From Bacteroidota bacterium (lineage in GTDB: Bacteria; Bacteroidota; Ignavibacteria; UBA10030): DNA of 64,000 nucleotides. This document shows positions 28,563 to 38,743 of this stretch, one piece after another. The DNA lies in contig DATLYT010000110.1 of NCBI GenBank assembly GCA_035574455.1, forward strand, positions 8,882 to 72,881, given 5' to 3'. Numbering within the stretch: position 1 is the stretch's first letter; every line of letters starts with the position of its first letter. The notes under the pieces are model-generated. The model had not been told where the DNA came from. It searched no databases and worked only from the letters and a program-made list of their open reading frames with translations. A program made the translations under genes and the position numbers.

Positions 28563-31500
28563 TTAGTACGAATCAAGAACTTCCTGTTCTTGAATGATCG
28601 CTAGCTTCAGAACCTTCGTCACGCCGAGATCCGGCATGTCGATGTGAACAATGTAGATACCGCTGGCCACCGGGAACTGCGCGTGGTTGTTCAGATCCCA
28701 GCGGAAGAATTGCGACGCATCGTCTTTTTCCAGCGTGCGCACCAACTGGCCGGCAAGGTTGAAGATGCGGAAAGTCGCCTTGCGTGGCAGGTTGTTGAAC
28801 GTCACGAACCGGAAGAAGCGGTTGGTTTCCGCCGCGTTAAACGCATAATACGGATTCGGGAAGACGCCAACCTTCTCGGCACTCGCCTTCTCCAACTCTA
28901 AGCCGGACTGCGGTGCGGGTGTAGTGTACGTGAAGACCGTCGACGGCGTATTCACATGGTTCGCGTAGATCTGGAACTCATTCGTGCCCGTCGGCTCATC
29001 CCACCGGTTGTCCGCCCGACGATTGAATGTTGCCCACCACATAACAGGCAGACCGTTGTTGATGATGTTCACCTGCAACGTTGGATCCGGCGTGGAACCC
29101 GTATAGGGCTTGTTGAAAATAAAGAGCCATTCGCGTGGTCCGGATGTTGCCACGTTGTCCTGTACGCCGTTCGAAGGCGGGTAGTACCTGCCATCCACCA
29201 AACCACCGGCGACGTTATTCTCCAGATGGCCCACCGCCAATCGCTGCGGAGGATTGGCCTCCGTATTCCACGCTGAGAGAGGCACACTGATTTTGTAATC
29301 ATTGTAACCGTATGATCCCTGCGTATGATTCGTCAGGTAAGGAGCGAACTCCGGCCTTGCTGGCGATGTCCCACCTCGTACATAGCGATAGCCATACGAA
29401 AAGTTGGGGTCTGTGCTCGTATTGAGATCCCAACCACCATAGGGACTCGACCCATTCGTCTGTGTCGAGGCGCTGGCCTGTCCAAACCGCAAGAGAACGT
29501 CCTTCAATTCATGCGCCTTAACAGTTCGGTCTGTTGTACTCCCAAAATAGTGTGCAGGATCATCCCAACCAATCGTACCTTCAAACCCTTCGAATCCCAA
29601 ACCTTGAGCATCGGCAAACGTGATGCGACGGTTTCCTTTCGGTACCGCCCAGTCTTTCATGCCGGGAGGGGGACCCTCGACCTTCAGGAAGATACCGCCT
29701 TCGACGATCTTGTAGTTCTCGTCGCCGCTCTGGTTAGTTTCACCCGAGAGGATCGTTCGGTTCTGTGTCTTGTTGATGAGGCTCCACGTTGTATTGCCAC
29801 CGCCGGCATCGGCGAATCGGATCTCATATGTATGGCCAGTGCTCGCGGTTGGGTCGACGACGATCGGACGAGCCGTACCATCGCTCACACCAGTCTTCGT
29901 CACTCGCAACGTATCGCCAAACTTCGCGCCGTAAACCTTGCCAAACGGTACTTTGGGTCGGACAGTCAACACGATGGCATCGGACTCCAGCACAGAAGGC
30001 AAGAAGCCCGGCACCGTGGCAACACTGTACGCCGTTACGGCAAGGTAATATTCCTGACCGTTGTAAATCTTTTCGATGTCTCGGAGGTAATCCCGCTTGA
30101 AGTTGAAGAAGCGCACAACACCGCTGTTCGAACCGAACTGCACGGGTAGTCTCAAGATCTGCCCGGAGTTCTGGTCGAACTGCTCATCCAGAACAACGGT
30201 CGGGTCTGCTGGCGTATCATAGGTAACGATACGTTTCGCTTCGGAGAGCCTCGCACCGCGGCTCGGGAGCTGATACACATTGTATCCCTCAAAGCGGTAT
30301 GCACCGGGTTGAGCGATACGGTTTTCAATATCACTCACACGCTGCAGGTTGCTGCCCCACTCGATAATAACCTGACCGTCAAGCTCAGCCACCTTCACGT
30401 CTGGCGGCAAGGGCGGCTTCGGTACCTGGAACAGTGCGTTGAAGGTGTTCTGTACAAAGCGGTCGTTAAATTTCATCACAGCAACGCTGGAGAGACGGTC
30501 CGCGCCGAGACCGGCGACGGTACCAATATAGATTTCCTGCGTATCACCGGGCGCCATGCGGAAAGGACCGGTGTTCAACAGAATACGGCGATCGCCGGGA
30601 GCGAAGGAATAGAGCGTTCCCTGACCATCAAGGAATCCTGTGCGGTTCACAGGGTCGCCGGACAGTGGGAACTTCGTGATGCTCGCTCCGGGAGGATGGT
30701 TGTACGGCTGATCCGGGTCGGTAATGGAACCCAACGGAGCAAAACCGCGTAACATCTTATACCAACGGCCTGTGCCGAGTGAATACGCACCAGAGCCGCC
30801 GGGAGGGTCGGAGTACGGACTGCCGGCGGAGAAGTAAGCAAAGGACGACATGCCGAGATTCCTGAAGCCCGGCCGATACTTCAAGTCAAACACCGCCGTG
30901 CTATTGGCATCCGGAACGAGCGGTCCCGCGAGGAAGTCGTACGCAGCCGAGGGCGGCGCCAGACCGAACTTGCGGAACGTATCGTCGTTTGCATTGCCGT
31001 TGTAAATGAAACCAATGCTCAAGGTACTGTCGCAACCCGCTAAGTCATCACTGAACGATCCGAGGTCGGGGTCGGACCACTGGCAGACATACATCTCATC
31101 GATATGGAAGGCGCCCTTTTGCCCGCCACCGATGTCGACACCGCCTTTGTTGATGATCTTGTAACGGGAAAAGTAAAGGTTGCCAAGAGCGTCGGTGCGT
31201 TTGTATGCCCAGACGGTCTTTTGGATCTCGAGACCGATCGGCTCAGAACCGACGAAGCCCAAGGCCTGGCTCCGGTCGAGGTCGTTGTACACCGTCCAGA
31301 TGACCTGGTCGGCTGGGGAATTCGGGTCGGCACCCGCAACACCCGGCTCGTCCCGATTCTGTGCAATCAAGCTGTCGACAGTGAAGGTTGCGCTAAATGC
31401 GGGCGGAGGATCATAGCGTCCGTTACCGTTGCGGTCGATGTATGGCGCGCCGAGGTCGACCGGCCATTCTTTCCAGTCCTTGTCATACTGGGCAATCATC

Positions 31501-32066
31501 GCAGCGATGGCCGCGTCGGAGACTTCCGTCGGAGTTGTTTCGTTGTAGTATGCGGCATCCTGTCGCGCTTCTGTTGCGGACATGGAGGCATAATCCCTAC
31601 GGATACGGTATATGCGTGCACGGGCATCATTGGGGTTAACGGCTGCTGCCGTTGCTCCAAGGCCTGTGACCCAGCCTTCTTTCGTACCGACGCCGTATGT
31701 TCCACCGCCGACTCGGATGGGTTGCAAGGAAGCAGGAGTTCCACCCGCGCCGGGGAATCCACCGACATAGACACGACCGCCGAAGACAACACCATCTTGG
31801 TAAATGACGTTACCTGTGCCCTTCGGGTAGTACATCCCGTTGTCGGCTCCCGGTGAGTGGTTGGACTGTCCGTCACTTCGGAACCACGCCGTGAGGTTGT
31901 TAATGCTAATGAGACCGTAGCGAGGTGTGCCTGCCGCTTTATACAGCGACTGCTTCTCGCCCGGCTTGGTCTTATCCGGTCCGTCAGACGCAAATGCGAA
32001 CGACCATGCGAGGACGCTCAGCACAGCGACTGTCAGAGCCGGAATTGCAATGGATATTTTTCTCAT
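28563..32066 (-). CDS. Large (about 1167 aa) T9SS cargo protein of unknown function with a C-terminal Por_Secre_tail domain.
   Basis: Signal peptide MRKISIAIPALTVAVLSVLAWSFAFA after an AAGGAG ribosome-binding site. C-terminus ..GVFPNPYYAFNAAETN..ATFRIFNLAGQLVRTL..GIYIVHIDMP... No recognisable catalytic domain. Confidence 0.8.
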   Translation of the reverse strand: MRKISIAIPALTVAVLSVLAWSFAFASDGPDKTKPGEKQSLYKAAGTPRYGLISINNLTAWFRSDGQSNHSPGADNGMYYPKGTGNVIYQDGVVFGGRVYVGGFPGAGGTPASLQPIRVGGGTYGVGTKEGWVTGLGATAAAVNPNDARARIYRIRRDYASMSATEARQDAAYYNETTPTEVSDAAIAAMIAQYDKDWKEWPVDLGAPYIDRNGNGRYDPPPAFSATFTVDSLIAQNRDEPGVAGADPNSPADQVIWTVYNDLDRSQALGFVGSEPIGLEIQKTVWAYKRTDALGNLYFSRYKIINKGGVDIGGGQKGAFHIDEMYVCQWSDPDLGSFSDDLAGCDSTLSIGFIYNGNANDDTFRKFGLAPPSAAYDFLAGPLVPDANSTAVFDLKYRPGFRNLGMSSFAYFSAGSPYSDPPGGSGAYSLGTGRWYKMLRGFAPLGSITDPDQPYNHPPGASITKFPLSGDPVNRTGFLDGQGTLYSFAPGDRRILLNTGPFRMAPGDTQEIYIGTVAGLGADRLSSVAVMKFNDRFVQNTFNALFQVPKPPLPPDVKVAELDGQVIIEWGSNLQRVSDIENRIAQPGAYRFEGYNVYQLPSRGARLSEAKRIVTYDTPADPTVVLDEQFDQNSGQILRLPVQFGSNSGVVRFFNFKRDYLRDIEKIYNGQEYYLAVTAYSVATVPGFLPSVLESDAIVLTVRPKVPFGKVYGAKFGDTLRVTKTGVSDGTARPIVVDPTASTGHTYEIRFADAGGGNTTWSLINKTQNRTILSGETNQSGDENYKIVEGGIFLKVEGPPPGMKDWAVPKGNRRITFADAQGLGFEGFEGTIGWDDPAHYFGSTTDRTVKAHELKDVLLRFGQASASTQTNGSSPYGGWDLNTSTDPNFSYGYRYVRGGTSPARPEFAPYLTNHTQGSYGYNDYKISVPLSAWNTEANPPQRLAVGHLENNVAGGLVDGRYYPPSNGVQDNVATSGPREWLFIFNKPYTGSTPDPTLQVNIINNGLPVMWWATFNRRADNRWDEPTGTNEFQIYANHVNTPSTVFTYTTPAPQSGLELEKASAEKVGVFPNPYYAFNAAETNRFFRFVTFNNLPRKATFRIFNLAGQLVRTLEKDDASQFFRWDLNNHAQFPVASGIYIVHIDMPDLGVTKVLKLAIIQEQEVLDSY

Positions 32067-32158
32067 AACTCGAAACTCCTTGATTGTGTTGGTGAAACTG
32101 ATTGATCGTGATAAGATGGACTCCACCTCGAAGGTAGAGCCCATCTTCTCCGCGTCTG

Positions 32159-35100
32159 CTACATTTCGAGTTTTAACCCGACGATGATCTGTCGCGGGGG
32201 ACCGAAGAGGTCACCACCAGCCTGTTGACCAAGACCGCCACCTGCACCAATGCTGGTGTAGGCATACCGGTTGTTCAGGTTAATGGCGCGATAGAATGCC
32301 TCGTAGTTCGGGATTTCCCGGTACGGGGTGGCAAACGGACTTTTCAGCCAGCCATCGTCGTACGGTGTTCCGGTCGTCGGATACACATTGAGAATCTGTT
32401 TCGTGTTGAACAAGTTCAGCACGCGAGCATAGAGCTCCACATTGCCAAAGTCCATGAAGAAGACCTTGCTCACGTTCAGGTCAACGTTGAACACCCACGG
32501 TGTCGTGGATGCGTTAATCGGCTCCACGGGGTTACGGCCGCGAGAGTCTTGCAACGCTCGAACGCCGATGAACCAGGGGCTGGCCTGACCCAGGTTGTGT
32601 GGCTCACGAATCTTCGTGTAGTTATGCCCGCTGTTGAAGGTGAGCAGGAAGTTCGCTCCCATCCCCTCTAAAATTGCTCCACCGTCGCCCTTGCCAAAGC
32701 GGTAGTCCACAAAGATCGTCCCTTTGTGCGTCTGGTTGTAATCCAAGGGGTTGATGAAGTTCGGGAAGCGTGCACTGGCTTCGTCCGTCACGGCGTTCTG
32801 TGAAGAACGGGAAGTCGAACCTGTTCCGCGTGCGTCGGAAAGCGTGTAGTTCACGCGCGCCGCCAAACGATTCGTGCGGCGGAGCTCAAGCGTCAACTCC
32901 AGCCCCTTGACGGTACCGAAATCTTCGTTAAAGAATCCGACGGAGATCGGGAGACCCTGGGAGTTGAAAATTCTCCGAAGTTGGAGCTGGTCTTTCAGGT
33001 CTTTATAGAAACCGGAAACGGTGAGGGCAAAGTTATCCGTCAAGGTCTGTCGGATACCCATCTCGTACTGCGTATTGCGCTCCGGTTTTGCTGTGAACGG
33101 AACGGCGGAAGCACCGAGGTTGTAGGGCGTCCGTGTTGACGGGTTCAAGCGTTGGCTCAACGTCACGTTGTCCATAATCAGCTGGTCCATGCTGGGAAGC
33201 TGCGCGTACTTGCCGTATTGAGCGTAGAACACGGTTTTGTCAGTCACCGGGAAGGCAAAGTTCAACCGCGGCAGCAGATAGCTGAACGGCTCGGACTCTG
33301 TGATCTTATCTTCCTCGATGATACCCAACGCAGCATCAACCGGTGGTTCATTATAATCCGGCTGGCCGGTAATCGGGTTGATCGTCATCGGAACGGTCGG
33401 AATCTTCGGTGAGAAGTATTCAAACCGGGCACCGATGTTGAGAATCAAGTCGCGGTACTCGAACTTGTTCTGAATGTATGCAGCGGCAAACAGAGGCGTC
33501 CGCGGTCCATCAAGCGTTGCACTCCGGCCACCACCCAAATCGTAGGTCTGACCATCCGACTCATTGCCATCGAGATCGTAACCGATGTTGGTAATGGTCG
33601 CACGCTGCAGCCGCACACGGCGCTCATATTCGCTCGCAAACGTACGGTCAATCACACCATCGCGGTTCGGGTCGAGGAAGATCCAGTAAGTCTGCGCATT
33701 CACACTAAATGTGCGGTACGTCCATGAATCGATACTGCCGCCCGCCTTCAACTCCCATCGAGGATTGATCTGCGACGTAAAGTCTAACGTCACGCCAAAT
33801 TGTCGAGTATTGCTTTTACCGTAGCCTGTATTGGGAGAGAAAGGATGGGGGAAACCTGCTGAACTGGGGAACTGGAAGATCGTGCTATAGCCGAATGGGC
33901 CTTCGTAGCGATTACGCCATTCGTTCGTAGGATATCCTTTGGCAGCGTACGCCACGCTGTCGGAATAGGATTTCCAGTCGTCCTGGAAGTCCTGGTCAAA
34001 ACTCCGGCCGAAGCGGTTCTGATAGGAAAGACCGACTTCGTAAAACGTGGTTGGACCGAGAATGTGCGTTAAGCGGACGTTTCCAAAGACCGTCTCGACT
34101 TCACTGTGCGATAATGTCCGCGGATCTCGGAAGTAGTTGACTAAATTTCCTGGCCACGAGGTGCCGTTGGGCGAACGAAAATACGAATAGCTACCACTGA
34201 ATTTCACCTTCAACGGGAGTTGGGACATCTGGTTCAGATCGAACAAGAGTGTTCCGATACCCGAGTTCGTGTATGTCCAGTTGTTGTACAGGTAGTTGCG
34301 TTTATACTCAATAGTGCCGTCATAGTTGCCGTCGCCGTCGGCATCCCGCGGGAGGAACAGACCTTCCGGCCGGTTGCCCAGAGCATCCGTCTTGAGACCC
34401 TCAAACTTGAACGGTTCGATGAACCTCCTGTCGGATTGGCGCGTGTAATTGTGCTGACCGGTCAGGAAGAAGCGGATACCGCTGGTCAGCGGGCCGCCGA
34501 CCGTCAACACGGCGTTGCGGTAGCCAAATGCCGTCGTGCCGAGGAACGTGTCGCCGGGCTTGGCAAAATCATCCGTCTGATAATCTAATGTCCATTTTAG
34601 TTCAGGACCCCCAGTGCGGAGGGATGTACGGACGACACCGGATGCCGCACCGCCAAACTCTGCCGTGTAACCGCCGGACTGGAGTTGGAATTCCTCAATC
34701 GCTTCTTGAATGACCCCAACGTTTTGAGAATTGGTGATGGGATTCGTCACGTTTGCACCATCGATAAAGTACGCCACCTCACCCGCTCGACCGCCACGGA
34801 CATACAGCCGTCCGTCACGCTCCACAACACCCGCTTCGAGAGCAAGGAAGTTGCCCAAACCGCGCAGCGGTAAGTTTCTGATATTCTCTTGGGTGTTGAT
34901 ACGGACGGTGTTGGTGGTATTGCGTTGAATGAGGGGACGCTCGGCAACGACTTCGATTTCCCGTGTCTGGATAGCGGTACTGGAGAGCTGGAAATCCTGG
35001 GTCGTTGTCAGGTTTGCACTGACGCGGACGTTGGCGACCGTAACCGCCGAGTAGCCGATATACGATGCCTTCACTGAATAGGCACCGGGCGGCACACTCA

Positions 35101-35290
35101 GAATGATGTACTCGCCGTTGACATCCGTGGAGGAGCCAAGTGTCGTACCTTCAATGATCACGTTGGCACCGATGAGCGGCTCGCCCGTTTGACTGTCCGT
35201 CACCCGGCCACGCAACTTCCCTTCCTGTGCAAACAGGAATGCCGGGAGGACAAGCAACAGGGTCAAAGCCATCAAGAGCTTGCGGTACAT
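32159..35290 (-). CDS. TonB-dependent-receptor-like outer-membrane protein (SusC/RagA-like architecture) with an N-terminal carboxypeptidase-regulatory-like domain. No SusD partner.
   Basis: Signal peptide MYRKLLMALTLLLVLPAFLFAQ after an AAGGAGG ribosome-binding site. CarbopepD_reg motif GRVTDSQTGEPLIGANVII, then a plug region (..NIRNLPLRGLGNFLALEAGV..RGGRAGEVAYFIDG) and a long barrel. 1043 aa. Confidence 0.8.
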   Translation of the reverse strand: MYRKLLMALTLLLVLPAFLFAQEGKLRGRVTDSQTGEPLIGANVIIEGTTLGSSTDVNGEYIILSVPPGAYSVKASYIGYSAVTVANVRVSANLTTTQDFQLSSTAIQTREIEVVAERPLIQRNTTNTVRINTQENIRNLPLRGLGNFLALEAGVVERDGRLYVRGGRAGEVAYFIDGANVTNPITNSQNVGVIQEAIEEFQLQSGGYTAEFGGAASGVVRTSLRTGGPELKWTLDYQTDDFAKPGDTFLGTTAFGYRNAVLTVGGPLTSGIRFFLTGQHNYTRQSDRRFIEPFKFEGLKTDALGNRPEGLFLPRDADGDGNYDGTIEYKRNYLYNNWTYTNSGIGTLLFDLNQMSQLPLKVKFSGSYSYFRSPNGTSWPGNLVNYFRDPRTLSHSEVETVFGNVRLTHILGPTTFYEVGLSYQNRFGRSFDQDFQDDWKSYSDSVAYAAKGYPTNEWRNRYEGPFGYSTIFQFPSSAGFPHPFSPNTGYGKSNTRQFGVTLDFTSQINPRWELKAGGSIDSWTYRTFSVNAQTYWIFLDPNRDGVIDRTFASEYERRVRLQRATITNIGYDLDGNESDGQTYDLGGGRSATLDGPRTPLFAAAYIQNKFEYRDLILNIGARFEYFSPKIPTVPMTINPITGQPDYNEPPVDAALGIIEEDKITESEPFSYLLPRLNFAFPVTDKTVFYAQYGKYAQLPSMDQLIMDNVTLSQRLNPSTRTPYNLGASAVPFTAKPERNTQYEMGIRQTLTDNFALTVSGFYKDLKDQLQLRRIFNSQGLPISVGFFNEDFGTVKGLELTLELRRTNRLAARVNYTLSDARGTGSTSRSSQNAVTDEASARFPNFINPLDYNQTHKGTIFVDYRFGKGDGGAILEGMGANFLLTFNSGHNYTKIREPHNLGQASPWFIGVRALQDSRGRNPVEPINASTTPWVFNVDLNVSKVFFMDFGNVELYARVLNLFNTKQILNVYPTTGTPYDDGWLKSPFATPYREIPNYEAFYRAINLNNRYAYTSIGAGGGLGQQAGGDLFGPPRQIIVGLKLEM

Positions 35291-35644
35291 AGAATGCCTC
35301 CTTAACTATGTGGTAGTGAGGTACTGATGGGAGTTTCTACTGCGTGCCGATGATTAGGAGATGCCACCGGCGAGCATTCGAAGGAAACTTTATCAATTGT
35401 CCCGTTTCTTACACTGTCAACATCTTAGCGCCGACAGCTAAGGTGAGCCTCACCTCCTAACTTGAAGAACAACGGGTGATAGGGATGTTTTGAGTTGCAA
35501 AAATATACAGGACGACTTCTTCTTTGTCAAGTCTTTTCTACGCCTTTAAAAAAGCTTCGAACCGTAGAAAACAAGAAAAATTTGCCTTTTTCGTCAAAAA
35601 TATCGTTTTCAAGAAAAAAAGTAACTACTCAGCGTAAATAAAAA

Positions 35645-35683
35645 CCACAGATTACACTGATTTAACTTTTGTGAAATCTGTGG
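35645..35683. repeat. Inverted repeat (CCACAGATT ... AATCTGTGG, about 21-nt spacer) inside an AT-rich intergenic region.
   Basis: aaccacagattacactgatttaacttttgtgaaatctgtggtt. Possible operator or structural element upstream of the 35290 operon. Confidence 0.35.
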
Positions 35684-35712
35684 TTGAGACTTCTGAAAAA
35701 TGAAATAGGAAT

Positions 35713-35751
35713 GTCATTCTGAGGATCCGCCTGAGGCGGACTCAGAATGAC
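35713..35751. repeat. Family-1 palindromic element (GTCATTCTGAG-gatccgcctgaggcgga-CTCAGAATGAC). Possible bidirectional terminator downstream of serA.
   Basis: Perfect 11-bp outer inverted repeat around an inner CCGCC/GGCGG hairpin. On the minus strand it is followed by TCCTATTTCATTTTT. Confidence 0.5.
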
Positions 35752-35857
35752 AAGAGACTTGGAATTTTTCAGAAGTCTCGCGGTTACATTTTTTTCTCGG
35801 TGTTTTTGAGCAAATCAGTTTAACGTTAAAAATACGCTGAGTGGATACGAAAAAACG

Positions 35858-37435
35858 TTACAATCGGACGACCTTAACTTCAAAAACTCCGTCAATTCTC
35901 TCTAACTGTCTGAGAACGTGAACAGGAATTTCGTTATCCACACTAATAATCGTGAGCGCACGCTGGCCGGGTTGATCGCGTCCGAGCGAAAGACCGGCAA
36001 TATTAATTCCCGCCTGTGCAAGAATAGACCCGACCGTGGCAAGCATGCCTGGCCTGTCAATGTTCTTGTAAAAGAGAAGAATCCCTTCCGGTGTCATCTC
36101 CAGATGATAGTCATCGATCCGGACGACCTTGAGATGTGAATGACCAAAGACCGTACCGAACAATCGTCTCTTCTCGTTCAACGTCTCATATTCAACCGCG
36201 AGAAGATGGGTATAAACCTCATGTTCGGATTCCTTTTCTTCCACAAGAACAATTCCCAACTCTTTTGCAATAACCGGAGCGTTGATCAGATTGACCGGCT
36301 CCGACATCAAACGACCGAGCACTCCTTTGAGAACGGCAGCGGAGAAAAGTTCGCTCGACTGCGTGAGAAAATCGCCGCGCGAAATGACCGACAGTTTACG
36401 CAATTGGCCCCTCATCAGTTGAGCAACGAGGCTGCCTAACCGCTCCGCGAGCAGGACAAACGGTTTGATTTCTTTCCGTGTAGCGAGGCGGATGACTTCC
36501 GCATTGACGGCTCCGGTCACTCCCCGCTCTTTTAAGAAGTCCGCCACCTGCTGGGCAATCTGTATGGCGACCTTTTCCTGCGCTTCTTCCGTTGAGGCGC
36601 CGAGGTGAGGAGTAGCAATGACCTTAGGATGCTTGAGGAGGGGATGATTGCCCGGAGGCTCCTGCTCGAAGACGTCGAGAGCAGCGCCGGCGACCTTGCC
36701 TGATTCTAATGCCCGGAGAAGGGCTTCCTCATCCACAATTCCACCGCGAGCGCAGTTGATGATCCGTACGCCGGTCTTACACTTCGCCAACGCCTGCTCG
36801 GAAATCAATCGTCGGGTATCCTCTGTGAGCGGCGTATGAACCGTGAGAAAATCCGAGCGAGCATACAGCTCATCCAGAGCAACAAGCTCAATGTTGAGCC
36901 TGACCGCGACTTCCGGCGAGAGAACCGGGTCGTATCCGATCGTCACCATCCCGAACGCTTGCGCCCGTAACGCCACTTCCCGCCCTACTTTACCCAAGCC
37001 GATAATGCCGATGGTCTTCCCCTGTAGCTCTGTACCGACAAATTTCTTCCGCTCCCATTTCCCCTGGCGAAGCGACTCAAAGGCTGCCGGGATGTTGCGG
37101 GAAAGCGACAGCAACAACGACAGGGTATGTTCAGCTGTAGAGACGGTATTCCCCCCGGGCGTATTCATGACCACGATGCCCTTCCGTGTAGCCGCATCGA
37201 CGTCGATATTATCCACGCCTGCTCCAGCGCGACCGACAACTTTGAGAGACGATGCCGCGGTCAGAATGTCGGCGGTGACATTCGTTGCGCTCCGCACAAT
37301 CAACGCATCGTAGCCGTTGATGACGTTGCGGAGCTGATCGGGCGGAAGCGTTGGCAGGACGTCTACTTTGAAGCCTTCGGCGCTGAGAAGTTCTGCACAG
37401 GGTTTCTCGACAGAGTCTGTGATGAGGATTTTCAT
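35858..37435 (-). CDS. serA: D-3-phosphoglycerate dehydrogenase.
   Basis: 2-hydroxyacid dehydrogenase NAD-binding motif GIIGLGKVGREVA. Catalytic-domain conservation and a C-terminal ACT domain. 525 aa from the ATG at 37435; the track start at 37444 is TTG. Confidence 0.9.
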   Translation of the reverse strand: MKILITDSVEKPCAELLSAEGFKVDVLPTLPPDQLRNVINGYDALIVRSATNVTADILTAASSLKVVGRAGAGVDNIDVDAATRKGIVVMNTPGGNTVSTAEHTLSLLLSLSRNIPAAFESLRQGKWERKKFVGTELQGKTIGIIGLGKVGREVALRAQAFGMVTIGYDPVLSPEVAVRLNIELVALDELYARSDFLTVHTPLTEDTRRLISEQALAKCKTGVRIINCARGGIVDEEALLRALESGKVAGAALDVFEQEPPGNHPLLKHPKVIATPHLGASTEEAQEKVAIQIAQQVADFLKERGVTGAVNAEVIRLATRKEIKPFVLLAERLGSLVAQLMRGQLRKLSVISRGDFLTQSSELFSAAVLKGVLGRLMSEPVNLINAPVIAKELGIVLVEEKESEHEVYTHLLAVEYETLNEKRRLFGTVFGHSHLKVVRIDDYHLEMTPEGILLFYKNIDRPGMLATVGSILAQAGINIAGLSLGRDQPGQRALTIISVDNEIPVHVLRQLERIDGVFEVKVVRL

Positions 37436-37509
37436 GGAATTCAAACTACCGGGGTAATGTCCTATGGATGGGATTTTTTAAAATCCTTCAGCTTACCAGA
37501 TCGGGTGTT

Positions 37510-38643
37510 CTATTGCCAATAGACCCGTTGTGCCGCTTGCAGACCGGCGCCCGGTTCGAACTTGTAGCCACAATCACGCAGTGTCATCTCGAGCGCGGAA
37601 ACCATGGCAATCATATCGAGTTCATCGTAATAGCCTAGGTGGGCGATACGGAAAATCTTGTCCGTGAGATGTCCTTGACCGCCGGCAATCGTGATCTGGT
37701 ACTTCTCCTTCAGAGTCTTGTTGAACTTCTTTGCATCGAGTCCTTTCGGAATCCAAACGGCCGTCAGGGCATTCGAAGGAAACACGGCAAGCGGTTTGAG
37801 ACCCAACGCCAGAACTGCCGACCGCACGGCTCGGGCGAGTCGATCATGCCGCGCCCAGACGTTTTCAATCCCCTCTGCTCGAATCATTTCCAGCGCGACA
37901 TCCACACCAATGAGTAAGCTTACGGCTGGAGTCCACGGCGTGTCATTACTCTTCAACGATTCGCGTGCTTTGACAAGACTAAAATAGTACTTGGGCAGGC
38001 TCGACGTTTCCACTCGCTTCCAAGCTCGCTCGCTGAGGGCGATAAAAGAGAGGCCGGGAGGAATCATCAAACCTTTCTGGGAGCCGGTCACACAAACATC
38101 GATCCCCCATTCGTCCATCCGCATCTCCATCGCCCCGACAGCCGTAATTCCATCAACCACGGTGAGCGCGCTGGAGTGTTCTCGTACGATCGAGGCGATC
38201 GTTTTCACATCCGTCGCCGCGCCTGTAGACGTTTCGCTGTGCGTCAGATACACTGCGCTGGCGTGGGGATGCGCCTTCAGCGCTTTGGCGACCTGCTGCG
38301 GCTCCACAGAAGTTCCCCATTCAACGGACAATTCGACGGGCGTAATACCATAAGCCTTCAGCAATTCGCCCCACCGCTCGCCAAATTTTCCGCCGTTGAC
38401 GAAGAGTGCAGTATCGCCGGGGGAGTGAAGATTACAGACAGCCGCTTCCATTGCCCCCGTGCCGGATGAGGTAAGTGTTACAACACGCTGTGCAGTTTGG
38501 AACAGGTATTGAAGATTGGCATTAACGCGAGTAAACAGCTCTTGAAATTCGGGATGGCGGTGATGGATAATCGGCTCCGCCATTGTTAACATCACCTGTT
38601 CGGGAACCGGGGTAGGACCGGGTGTAAAGAGGCGCTTTTTCAA
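37510..38643 (-). CDS. Class V (PLP) aminotransferase, serine-glyoxylate / archaeal-type phosphoserine aminotransferase-like. A likely SerC analogue given its serA neighbour.
   Basis: MKKRLFTPGPTPVP... and the PLP-lysine region SQKGLMIPPG. TTG start at 38643 with a GAGGGA ribosome-binding site. Confidence 0.75.
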   Translation of the reverse strand: MKKRLFTPGPTPVPEQVMLTMAEPIIHHRHPEFQELFTRVNANLQYLFQTAQRVVTLTSSGTGAMEAAVCNLHSPGDTALFVNGGKFGERWGELLKAYGITPVELSVEWGTSVEPQQVAKALKAHPHASAVYLTHSETSTGAATDVKTIASIVREHSSALTVVDGITAVGAMEMRMDEWGIDVCVTGSQKGLMIPPGLSFIALSERAWKRVETSSLPKYYFSLVKARESLKSNDTPWTPAVSLLIGVDVALEMIRAEGIENVWARHDRLARAVRSAVLALGLKPLAVFPSNALTAVWIPKGLDAKKFNKTLKEKYQITIAGGQGHLTDKIFRIAHLGYYDELDMIAMVSALEMTLRDCGYKFEPGAGLQAAQRVYWQ

Positions 38644-38743
38644 GAAATCCCTCTGTTTTCGGTAAGAAAATCCCTGTCAAAGTAGCATATGATTGAGAGA
38701 GATGCAAGAAGCAGGTAAGAGGAAAGTACGTTGCGCGAGGCCC

